DNA of 64,000 bases from Nymphaea colorata (lineage: Eukaryota), in contig NC_045138.2 of the NCBI RefSeq assembly GCF_008831285.2, forward strand, positions 35,774,001 to 35,838,000. The letters run 5' to 3'. Made by a program: the position numbers and the translations under genes. Each line of letters begins with the position of its first letter. Position 1 is the stretch's first letter. Positions 31,641 through 43,607 of this stretch are shown here, piece by piece. The notes beneath the pieces were generated by a model. The model was not told where the DNA came from and made no database searches. It was given only the letters and a program-made list of their open reading frames with translations.

Positions 31641-31954
31641 CTTGGACTGTAGAGTAGCTACTGGTCTGAGATTGTATCTAAGCTGGATTATGTGTGGACT
31701 TATGGTACATCTTTCAAATCGGATGTTTGGCTTGCCACCATTTGCTGCGAAAGAATTACGTTCCAGAGCATGACAGTGGCCACAATATTTGAACCTTGAA
31801 CCCCTTGAGTACGAGCTACCTTGCTGTCCAATGACTCCAATTGCATCACACATCTACATCCCTTGAGGTAAGGTTCTACCACTTCAATCATAAAAATTTC
31901 CAACGCTAACTTAACAGGATAAACTTATCCAATAAGGGCTAAAATAGACCAACG

Positions 31955-32535
31955 TCTTCTGCCAAAATAGACAAGCATAGCTTCCAGCTTCGTCTTGACA
32001 CCTTTGTGGTGCAAAATTTACAGATCTGTTGTTCACCTATTTTGCTCTCAAAGATGGAAAATAGGGTTAGGCAATATGTAACTCTAGAATCAGATATTCA
32101 TAAACTAAGAACGGGAATGGGGCGATGAAAAATTTCTCACGAGAACCTCCTGCGGTGACCAACCAAAGGCAAAGAAGAATGTATTTAAACGGAAAAGAGA
32201 AACAGAAACAAAATCGTTGTTGGTAACAGGGAAACAGTCTGGTTGAACAGTACAAAGCAGCAAGCTTACAGTCACGAAGTTATAACATACATAACGGGGA
32301 GAAGAAAGCAAACCAAGACTTGATATAACAATTGATACAAAACAAAGATCTCCTAATGATCATTCATTTCCGTTCTCATTTTTGTTGCACTGTTCAAACC
32401 CCAAAACTTTCATTACCGCTCCCGACCCGGGTCTCAACAACTCAGAATACCACGCCCATTGATAGCACAATGAGCTCGGCCATGTATTCAGTCCAACAAC
32501 GGTTCCAAGAGATACCCTTCAAGCATATGCTCTGC
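31955..32535 (-). pseudogene. Internally deleted NLR paralogue: 5'UTR acceptor, N-terminal codons, C-terminal codons and 3'UTR
   Basis: About 32440-32535 resembles the NLR start region (MAELIVLSM versus MAEFVVLSV). 32360-32400 encodes EQCNKNENGNE* versus NLR EQFNKGEDIDE*. About 31955-32360 aligns by eye with the NLR 3' flank at about 20125-20540. Confidence 0.8.
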
Positions 32536-33448
32536 ATATTCAATTAAAAAAAGATTCCAGGCAGTTCATTTGTTAGTTTGATGATTCATATGTTGGAAGA
32601 GGTGGGATGTGAGCTCTTTTTCAAATTTAATGAGAAGTTATAGGGTGACAATGCAATTGTTTTGAAAGTATTTCAAACTTTTCACAAATTTATTAAATTG
32701 TTGAGGCCAATTGAAAGTTTTTCACAAACTTAAAACCCTCGTTCTTCCTCTCTCTCCTTTTCTTTCGATTTTTCCCATTTCTCATGTCCTTGCTCTTCTT
32801 CAGACCACCGTCTTCCGAGCACCGGCGACACAATAGAGAGCCGGCGACTGACGACTCTCTTTTGGAGGTGAGTCCCGTTCAGTTCTCTCTCTAACTCAAC
32901 GCTTGAAACCCTCCTCCTCGAACCTCTGCGTCGAGGTGGGGGGTCTCTGAAAACCCTTCGCAATTCCCAAGCTGTTCTTCCACTCTTCCTGAACTAATAA
33001 AGTCGCACCAGAAGGAGCGGGCTTGTTTCCGGAGATTATTGTTTTGCCCGTTTGGGCTTTTCTTCTTATGCGTTCTCGAACCAAGTTGGCACGGTTCTTC
33101 CGCAGCCGCAGTCACGCACTGCGTTGCTTCATTCAGGTTAGCCTCTTCGCAGCTAGGTCTCGCCCATCGCAGCCAGCGGCATCCATTTATTGCTTTGCTT
33201 CGTATTTCGTCAGAGAGAGTGGTGGAGAAGGTCATCTTCACCCCTTCGCTGGCGGGCTCTCCTTCTCTCGCAGCTCTCCATCACCAAACCATCGCCCTTT
33301 TTGTCTTCCTCTCTCTGCCCCACCAACCCTCTCCTCACAGACGATGGTTTCTCTGTCATCATCTCCAGGCGTCCAATCCGATTTCCTCTCCTCCTTCCTC
33401 AGCCGGTGCCATAACCGTGGTTCCAATTGGGGCGGACCCCTTTTCGTC

Positions 33449-33624
33449 GCTTACACACTTTGCCACCACGTCGGGCAGGTCCCTGCCTCCTATTGTCTTC
33501 TTTAATTTGCTTCATTTCTGAAATTTTCGACCATACTTTGCTTACACACTTTGCCACCACGTCGGGCAGGTCCCTGCCTCCTATTGTCTTCTTTAATTTG
33601 CTTCATTTCTGAATTTTTCGACCA
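33449..33624. repeat. Near-perfect tandem duplication (period 91 bp) in the RRP7A 5' region
   Basis: gcttacacactttgccaccacgtcgggcaggtccctgcctcctattgtcttc...tttcgacca occurs at 33449 and 33540. Confidence 0.9.
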
Positions 33625-35348
33625 CGTCGGGAAGGTATGCGACTCTCTATCTCTATCTCTCACGCGCGCGGTACGTCGGCCATGGCCGACGCAGGGAGGT
33701 CCTCCCGACTGGAGGTATGCGTTGGCCATGGCCGACGCACAGAGGGGCTGCTCCGGGAGCCCCTTTCTTTGTCTTCCTATTCTTATTTTTTTCCCCCCCA
33801 CAATCTCTCTCGTTATCTCTCTTTTCCATCGATGCTGGAGGCGCTGCGTCGGCTATGGCCGCCCCACCTTGCAAAAAAATTTGGACCCTTCCAGGGCTAC
33901 CATGGCGGACGGGAATGGAGGAATTGTATATACATTTTTTTTTTCTAGTCGTGCTTTTACTGTGTTGTTTTCATAACCTATTTGACTAATTTCATTTTTG
34001 TCTCATGAATTACCGATCTTCTCTTTCCTCTGCATTTCCTTTGCCTTTCGGTGTTGCTTGGATAAGCAGGTTGCTGTTCTGTAATGCTCACAAGTAAAAC
34101 AAATTTAAGTTCATTAGTTTGTATTAACTTCTTCAGATATACCCGGTTATATCAGTAGGTACAGTGGTTAGGATCGATGGTGATGATGATGACAACCCAT
34201 TTGCTGTTATTACAGCCCTTACTATGGATAGATGATAGGTAAGCTTTCCCCTGTTCCTATGGATGGATAAGCAGGTTGCTGTTCATGTAATTGTTCCTTC
34301 CTCACAGGCAGTAGGATGCTCAATTTTTTTTTTTTTTGTAGTTTGTGATTCTTAAATACCATCTTCAAGAGAGCAACTTTGAAGATAGAGCTGCAGATTA
34401 CATGCAACTCGATTCCTAGATAGCAGTACTTTTAATATAGTTATTTGGATGCCCCATTAAGAATGTGAGTGTACCCATGTGAAAATGGAGGAGAACAAAA
34501 AAAAAATCACACCTTCCAACGGTCACCTAAAAGGTTAAAACGTCTCTCCTTTATTTTACCTTGTGCACCAAACACAGTTAATTTTACCCTGCAAAAATCT
34601 ACCCTTTTCCTTCTTTTTTTTTTTCAGCATTCTTTTCCATGGTAAATTTACCATTCTAAATTCTTCCCTGCCATCAAAGAGGGCCTTAAGATTGAATTTG
34701 TCCTTGTTGAGGACATATGAAACTCATGGTAATCATTTGCCAACAAAGGCCAGGTGTTTGGGGTATTTGCTCACAAATAATTTTCTTAATTTGCCCCGCA
34801 CATGAAAATTTGTTATGAATTGTTTGATAACCTTAGCATGTAATCCATCAAGCTCTTAATATGCGACGCCTATGGTAATGAAAAATTGTACTCTGAACAT
34901 CTTATCTTAAAGGGTTTTCTCAAAATTTTCAGGTTAGCAGGTGAGAGTTCCTGGAGGCTGCATGGGTAGTTTTTGACAGCTATAATCTACGCACATCATT
35001 GAGGCCTAGTTCCTGTTATGGTAGTTTTGAGATTCCATTCAGTTGTAGCATCAATTGGTATATTGAAAAAATGGTCTTGTATAATATGACTATTTTCATC
35101 AGAAGTTAAACCTTGTACTAGCTATGTTAGTTTCTTTGAACGTTTTTCCTTTTATACCTTTGGTTTTGGCTATTATTTCTCTATCCTGAGAATATCTTTA
35201 CTTCTAAAATTTATAATTTTCATAAATATGATGCTTACAGTTGTTAAATCATAGTCAATGAGGTCTAGGTGCCCTTTTTTTAATCCCTTTTTTCTTTTTT
35301 GCTACATTCTTGTGTTCTTTCTAATATTTTTCTTAGGTAAAAGTGGCT

Positions 35349-38300
35349 ATGGAAGGCCTTAAAAAATCAAAGGATCGTCTAAAGTTGAAGAAGAAAAAGA
35401 AATCACGGATAAGTAGTCGCATAGAAGAAGAACAACAACAACAACAGAAAGAAGGTAGCATGTCTAATGTCACTAGCATGATTTTCAGGGTATTATGTGA
35501 TCTGTGGGATGCTCGTATATTTGACCTGTTACATATTTATGTGTTGCATTTACATATTTATGTGTTGCATCAACAAACTGTACAGTGCCAACACAGCAGA
35601 AATTACATAAAATTGGCATAAAGAACAAATTTACATCCAAAACATGTCTTTGGTACTTTTTCAATTTGGTGTAGAGGTCATAGGAGGGTGGAAACGGGAA
35701 ACAAGCAACGACAAATAATTTGTGAGAACAAATTTAATCCTAAGCATGCCTTTGGTGCTTTTGCAATTTGGCAAAGAAGCATAGAAGGGTAAGATTAGAA
35801 TAGAACAATTGCAAACACACAGATATTTACTACTTTTTCCTTTCTTGTGGAGTTGTCCTCTTTTTGTGAATGCTTGATGGTTTGCTTTAATTGTTCTGTG
35901 TCACTGATTATCATGAGTTATGATCTTAGAGCTGATGTCTGAGGGAGTGGAGACAGATGAAGGTAACGACTCCATGTTGACAATGAAGAAGAAGAAGAAA
36001 AGAAAGTTGAAGGACAAAAGCCTTGTTGAGAAGAAAGGTTTGTAACTTGGTCATGATTCCTAAGGCAGCTAGACGAAGTTAGAATTTTCTCTTTGCTTGG
36101 GTAACACGTTCTTAAGGTGTAACCCTTTATTGTTCTCCATGGGCACTGTTTGCTTGAGCAAATAATTTATTTATTGATAGTGGCCCTCACCCTAGTTTTG
36201 TTTTGAATGATTGTGAATTTTTGTTGACACTAGGTTGTCAAAATCAAGCATCAAGCACAGGTTGGTCACTGTGTGTATAAATACATGTGCATATGTGTGT
36301 AAGCACATGTGTGTAGAGAGAGAGAGAGAGAGAGTCCGAAAAATATGGAGATTCAAACCATGGTTTATAACTTATAGACATTGTGATCAGCCTAGTCAGC
36401 CAACTAGTGATTTTTATGCCGGGGACCACTCAATAGTTTAACGTCATGGGTTACTTTGTCATTGTAGTTTACCTTCTCTTTTTCGTATTGAAATATTTGA
36501 TTCTTTGTGCAGTGAAGAAGTCAAAGAAAGGAGAAGGGATTAAAATGAAGAATGACACAAAGAATGATGGGGTGCTACAGGAGGAAGTTGATGATAAAAG
36601 TGAGTCTCGTCTTCATTATGCGTATCTTCTTGACCTCACAATAATACTATTTTAATATTTTACTATTCCTCATTGTTCTTTGTACAACCTTTCGATTGTC
36701 CAACCTAAAACTCTTACCATGTTTAGAATTGCTTCCCACTCTAATCTTACTTTGGTCTCGAGGTAGAGAACACAATGCACAATTGTGTAGACCTAAACCA
36801 AATTTTGCTCTCTATATCAAAGTTCTCAGTTGGATGCTTATTATGTTACCAATCTGTTAATAAGGGCTGGTCTTATGTTTAGAAATGTCAGCGTGGATGG
36901 TTGGTTTTGAAGTTCCTTACTCCAAATTAAGGAATGTAAAAAGTATGGTTTCTTGTTTCCTATCATTTGTTACATTTCTATAATTGGCAAGTCAATAAGC
37001 TAATTTTTCTTTCTAATTTAACAAGATTAATCCCAACTGTGAGCATGGACACTGACACATCATAACAACTTGAATGATGCAATAACTGTGTAATACTAGG
37101 ATATAATATATGGACATGCGTATGTATCTTAGGCTAAATTCATAAATCGCAATCTAAATACTAAAGCATGGTGGTCCTCATTCTTGATTTATAAATTCTA
37201 ACACATAATGATAAGTATGATCAAATAAAGGGAAGCTTCATCATGCAAAAAAAAAAAAAAAAGACAATAAATTATTATATTCATAAATACATCCATAAGA
37301 GCTTTGCACGTTACTTGAATGTCATGGTCTTGACTGCATCATGAAGAGCTATAAAATCCAATGACTACTTTACAAGTGTTCAACGTTATCTCGGATGCAT
37401 AACAAGTGCTAGCATGGACTAAAATTTGAGATGATCTTTTGCCTACATCTTATCTGTTATGATATTACGTGTCTGAATGCTTTGTTAAATGTTACAGTCA
37501 CATAAGATATGCATGAACATTAAACTGTCAAATAGATTTAGAGAAGCTATTTGTCTATTGTTTTGAGCAACTTTTTTACTTTAAATCTATTAATCTTTTC
37601 TACAAGACCATGGGCAAGTTTTGGATTTAGCATAATAAGCAAAAATTTTAGAAAGGTTTCACAACACTAAGTGTTGTGGTGTATTTCAGTCAAAATATCT
37701 TTTATGCTCATACTGGAGTTAGGAAGTCAATCCACATCTTTCCGTTATATATTGCAAGTAAATGCACATGCAGGGAAGCAATCCGTCTATGTTGATCGAG
37801 TAACTGGTAGCTAAACCTTTTACTTTTTTTTTTGTTGATAATTATGTATTGGAGTTCTATTTTGGCTTAAAAATTTTTAACAAAGTTCTCTTTAAGTGGT
37901 TGTTATAAACTTGCCACCCTAACATGGTTTATACCATTGTCACTAAAAACACATTTTATTAAAAAAAAACGTGTATAAAACGTGAAAAACAAGTCAGCCG
38001 TATAAAATGCGAAAAAACACGTTTTAAGAAAAAACGCCAAAAAATAAAGAACGCGAAAAAAGGTATAATACGCATATAATACAGGATACGGGTATAATAC
38101 GGGCATTATACACATTTTTCCCTTTATTCGTAATTTTTATTATTTTTTATTTTTTATAATTTTCAAGATTTATTAAATGTTTTAAATTTTTAAAAAATTC
38201 GCTGAGATTTTCCCGAGATATACAACTTTGCCGTATTATACCCTAGAAATTTCTCGCCGTATATTCCGTACACGTTTTTTGTGACAACGGCTATTTGAGA

Positions 38301-41300
38301 AAATGTGACGGTTAGCATCCATTGCTCCATATAGGTTGGTTGTAAGCATCTTACCTTTTAAGAACATTAACTGACACCTCATGTGTTTTTTTTTCTTCTG
38401 TTGTTTTTCCTCAATATCAACATTTTGGACTTCAACCTCTTTGCTTTCTGTTCGTCTCATAGCCCATAAATCATCAGGTGACATGTTTTTGATCTTCCAA
38501 TTGGACTACGAGAGCATGTATGTTTTTAATCTAATAATCTTTCTACAGTTAATGAGTCAACTAGGTCTATAGGTGGCTTAGCTGTGTTGTTTCTGCAGTT
38601 CATGATGCTACAGCCTGGTCTTCCAGTATTTTTAAGTGATACACAAAACCAAATCCAAATAACAATTTTAAATTTTGGAAATGATGATTGTAGATTCTTA
38701 GCCATGACTAGTCACACTTCTTTTCTTCTTTGGTTGTACTTTCTAAGCAACTATGGATTGTGATTGTCATGTAATTGTTAAATTTTATGCCAGATCCTAA
38801 GGTGAAGAAATCCGGCAAAATGGCAAAAAGGAAAATTTCTCAAGTATTGAGAGAAAGTGCAGATGCAGAGACAGATGAAGCAAATGAGGTTTATGAAATC
38901 CCTTCAGTAGATGATGACTGCTCCAAAGGCATGAAAAGTATGTTAATTGTTGTGAGTTGCATGTCCTTGCACTGAGTATCGCTGTTCTCCTTTTCTATTT
39001 ATATTTCTGTTTTTCTCTAACCTATGTACATGTGTTGTCTCGAGTGGTTCATCCTGTCACACTTGTGCATAATAGTAAACTGTTAGATAGGTGCCTTTCA
39101 AATGCTTCTTTTCTATGTTTTCTTATCTTCAAAACCGTGTTGCTGCTTTTTGAAGATGTTCAAAAAGGAAGTAGCACTAAAAATTTGAATCAGAAACTAG
39201 CAGTATGGTGTCTGGAATTATGTTGCTGTTGCCATTAGTTATTTGTGGGGAATGTCCCTTTCATTGATGGCTGAATTTTGTTACTGTCCTTTCATTGATG
39301 GCTGAATTTTGTTACTGTTCCATCAGTTATCTCCCTGTTGAATATCCTGTCAAGTAGTGTGTACTTTCTTACTAGCTGAAGTTTCATTGCTGTAGTTACT
39401 AGTAAACCTTTCCTTTTTTCTTGTCAGAGTGGGTCACTGAATACCATCAACGTAGACCCGGGTTGGAGATTTTGCAACAGGAAATTGATGACTTTATAGT
39501 TGCCTATGAAACAAGGAAGGAAAAGGTATTAGTTTGCTAGAACTTTTTTCTTAGTACATCTACGTTCAGAAGGAAATGTTAACATGGCAAAAAATACAGA
39601 CACTGTCGTTATATATGAGAGCACGAAATTCCCAAGAAACATGGCTTTTGAAATCCATTCGTGTTAACACAACAGAATGCTTTTTGCCGTTTCGGGTTGT
39701 GTGACTATGTTATACTTGTATTTGATGCATTATTGTTGAGGCCAAATAGTTAGTTTCTGAACTAAAATTTCCTAGTATCATCAAATACTTAAACAATGAT
39801 TTCTAGGACAGGTTGGTTTTTTACTTAAATCCAGAATCCAAAAGATAAAATTCGTTCCAGGCAAATTTGATACTGCTGTAGTTGATGGTGAATAACTGAT
39901 GACGTGCTTTAGAATTCTGTATCTCCACATGATTGGATTATTTATATTCAGTTGCTCTGATTTCTCAGGAAAGGAAAGAGAGGGAAGCACTTGCTGCAGA
40001 TGGCGGATGGACTGTTGTTACACACCATAAAGGTAGAAAAAAAACAATGGATGCTGAAAGTGGAATCGCTGTGGGATCTATTGCGGAGGCAGTTGTTTTG
40101 GAAAAAATTGCCAAAAAGAAAAACAAAGAACCAGCTAAAGATTTTTACAGATTCCAAAGACGTGAAGCCCAGAGAAATGGTAGGCGAAAGATTTCATTTT
40201 GCACACAAATTTGATCAAATGTTTTTAATAAATGTTGTGGAATTTACAGTATGCAATACTGCAATGTGTCATGTTGATGTATTTGATTGTTCATATGCAT
40301 TAAAGGTGTGGGAGTTTGAGCTGTGATGGTGAAACAATAAGGTTGGAAATATATGGAAATTGATAGGATGTGATTGCCTCTGGTGTTTTCTGCACATGTA
40401 TATATATGTGTATGTGTATATATGTAGATACATATGCTTTGGGTAGTTAAAGAGGTTTTATTTTTTTTATTTTAATTATTGACTACTCCCTTTGGAGCTA
40501 AATTGCTTGAAAACATAGTAGAGTCTACTTGAAAGAACTATCCTTGGACTGTTCACTTGCCATATAATGAGCGCCACATTTCAAGTCGGGTGCTCTATTT
40601 GAGCTACTTGAGCTCAACTCATTTATTAAACTAGTCAGGTATGAGTAAAAAGTTAAAGCTTGAGTTTAGCAATCTCAGGTTTTTGGGCTTGAGAGTTGAG
40701 TAAGCTCATCACACTGTTGGTGTATTTGTGATCACACTGTTGGTGTATTATGTGTTTTCTTTGGCTCCTCAAATCATGTTTTCAACTTCATCAACCCACT
40801 CTTCTCCTTCTGTTGGAAAATAGAAAATCTTTCTAAATTCTTGCTAGCGAAACTTTGAGTAACATGTGCTGAACTCGAGCTTAGCCCCAGCCGAGCCCGA
40901 GCAAGTTCAGTGTACTCAAGTTTCACCTGAGCTCGATTTGGCCCAACTAGGCTCAAGCTCTTGATAGGAACATCCCTAGTCTTGGGGAGACCTATGTGTA
41001 GGTAGCTGCACGATGTCTGAGGAATCTTTACTGAAATTATAGAAACTATAACTAGCGATGTAACTGTATCCTTAGGTGATTACCTGATTTACATAAAGCT
41101 GCGGATTGGGAAAAGCTTCTCACAGCTTAAGTCTTGCCGGCTTGTAAGAGCTGATCTCAACTCATTAGATGAACTTAAGCTTAAGTAAACACCTGTTTGC
41201 TTCAGCTCAGCGTTTAGAAGATCACAAACAGGTCACGTGCTGTATGTTGTTTTGCCTTGTACAATGTTAAGAATTTGCAAATTCTATTTTTTATTGCTTG

Positions 41301-41890
41301 AAATGTGTCATTCCTTGTGTAACTTTTGCAATGTGGGTTTGCTCGGTATGAATGATAGCTTATGAAAGCATGGAAGACTGTTATTTTTAAGGGGAACCTG
41401 CCTAACTTTGTTTATCTTACTCGAGTTAGCCTGTGCTTGAGCTTATTTTGGCTCATCTACCTGTTTTGAACACCCTCATCTTGTTCATATCAGCTCCAAT
41501 TTTAAATTCAAGTCCTTTGGACTTTTTTATTCGTCTATCGGTTGCATGGAGTGAGTAGAACTACAACGTGGCGACTTTTCTTAGCTTTACCCAACAGAAG
41601 CTTTTATCCTTAGTATTTGAATGAATTTTTCTATTTTCCTCATTGCTTAGGATTCATTTGTCTGGTTTGATTTTCTACGGTATTTTCTTATCTTGATTAA
41701 GCTCTTTACTATTCAATGGGCATATGCTATTGTTAACTTCTCCAGACATAAATTTTTATAAGATTCTCAATGCTGATACAAATTCAAAATGCTTTCTCTT
41801 GCAGAGGTTATGATGCTGCAGAGCAAGTTCGAGCAGGATAAGAAAAGGATTCAACAATTGAAGGCAGCAAGAAAGTTCCGTCCTTTCTGA
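35349..41890 (+). CDS. RRP7A: Ribosomal RNA-processing protein 7 homolog A, 279 aa; exons 35349-35454, 35930-36037, 36513-36599, 38794-38937, 39428-39525, 39969-40179, 41805-41890
   Basis: Lys-rich N-terminus, then GMKKWVTEYHQRRPGLEILQQEIDDFI...DGGWTVVTHHKGRKK...DFYRFQRREAQRNEVMMLQSKFEQDKKRIQQLKAARKFRPF* (RRP7 C-terminal domain), 840 nt. The N-terminal exons are less certain. Confidence 0.9.
37935..38289 (+). mobile_element. MITE copy A (CATTGTCAC-ended family) in an RRP7A intron
   Basis: TIR cattgtcactaaaaac / gttttttgtgacaacg with repeated CGTATA-like internal motifs. A homologous inverted copy lies at 47176-47490. Confidence 0.75.
39258..39318. repeat. 31-bp tandem duplication
   Basis: ctttcattgatggctgaattttgttactgt occurs twice. 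Confidence 0.85.
40580..40978. mobile_element. Probable partial non-autonomous DNA transposon with GAGCTC/CGAGC subterminal motifs
   Basis: Dense gagct/ctcgag motifs ending in ...aacatcccta (hAT-like end); a similar patch at about 25900-26036 ends ...aacatcctt. The other terminus was not found. Confidence 0.35.
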
Positions 41891-42655
41891 CCAATCAATG
41901 GAAAAAAAAAAAAGAAAAATCAATTTTGACACAGTTGGGGTTGCCATCTGCAGTTTCGTTTGAAGAATGCTGCAGAGAATAGTTAGCAGTTGTTGTCCAA
42001 CTTACATTCCTTTTTAATAGAATGCAAGCTTGGGTAAAAATATCCACTTTTTTTTTTCCTGCTTTATCTTTTAGTCTGAGGCGTCAGTATGCAGCAGATG
42101 ATAGGCAGTAGCACCATAATTGTGGAAACTAGTGATATTTATCTCTTATATTGCCGAAGGGATAATGTTTATTACTTCCTATACGTAGACCATTGAGGTC
42201 GTCTTGTGGTTTACACTCCTCCGTCTGAGGATATCAACTTATGTCCGCATGGGAATGCACAGTCGATAATGGTTTGATTTTAAAGCTCTTAAATTCTAAA
42301 AGCAAAGTCGTTCTTCAATCCCCCGTTTCATGGTTTAGAGTATCTTCTCTATGCGAACTTGTTTGACAAGAAGGACGACAAAAAGTTGACATCCTTCAAA
42401 AGTCGAATGTCAATGGGAATACCGAGGGATAACCAGAACACGATATTATGGTGACAAAACTGCGACTGGTAAAATTGGCATGCAGTGGATTTAATGATTT
42501 TTTTCTCCCCAACAGGGAAAATAAAAGCTTAAATAGAATTATTTATTCGAAAATGTCAGCAGATACCACACTTATATTTGGGTTTTGCATGCCACTGAAT
42601 TTAACACGAACATGCCTGCAGCATGTTAGATCGTGAAGGGGTTCTATTGCCAGAC

Positions 42656-42806
42656 AATGATGATCAGATGCTGCACCGATCAACCTGATTCTCTCAAAGA
42701 ATGAACGTAATGATCTGATGCTGCACCGATCAACCTGATTCTCTCAAAGAATGAATGTAATGATGATCAGATGCTGCACCGATCAAACCTGCTCAAAGAA
42801 AGAATG
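42656..42806. repeat. ~50-bp minisatellite, about 3 units, between the RRP7A and SRP68 3' ends
   Basis: Units aatgat(gat)c(a/t)gatgctgcaccgatcaacctg...aaagaatg start at 42656, 42709 and 42759. Confidence 0.9.
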
Positions 42807-43607
42807 TATTGACATGTCAAAGTGCCTAAATCTAGAACTGTGGCATTTTTTTCAACTCTACAGACGGATAACCGGCTTAGTTGTAGGGCGAGCCAGGCCC
42901 AACTCTAAGTCGACGGACTCGAGTTCTCTCGCTTTTCTCTGCACACATCCAATTAGGATGTCGCTTAGAGGGCCAGATATCCTACCTTTGAGTTTAATTT
43001 GAACTCCGTATCCAAAATTTTGAAAAATGTAGTGTTTAATTTCTACTCTGTTACCCGCTCTTTTTCTGCTACATTCTCATTTTCATGTGATTGGATCTAA
43101 AATTGAATCCAGTTTTCAAAGATAAACTTCGTATATCCAACCCATTCAGCCCCACGTAATTGTAACTCAAGCCGAAGAACAGCGATCAAACGCCACGCTT
43201 AGGTCACAAGAACTCAAATAACTTGCTCTGAGATTTACCATTCAAAAGAATTGGTTTTACCTTGAACGTTCAATAATTCGCTAAGGAGAAATTACAGATT
43301 CACCTTCGCCAAAATGAAAAAGGATGGGTTCAGGTTAGCTGGAACTTACAAACTTCGGGACTCTCTCAGAAGCCAGGATTGACGTTCCAGGAAAAAAAAA
43401 AACAAAACAAAACAAACAAATAATGCCATGCCGCTGAGCATGTCGCTGTCCAGTATACGTCCAACTAAAAGACACAGATGGAAGATAAGGTTAAGGAGAT
43501 GAAATGAATGACAAAATTTTTTGGCAAAACGTAAATGAAACAGAATACGTGGATCAGTAAAAATTCCATGAAAAGAGAACAGTGCAGCACATTAATTTTG
43601 GAAATCT

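Noticed and set aside
33023..33989. Cluster of 100-160 aa ORFs
   Set aside because: They arise from a GC-rich, internally duplicated non-coding block and contain no domain motifs.
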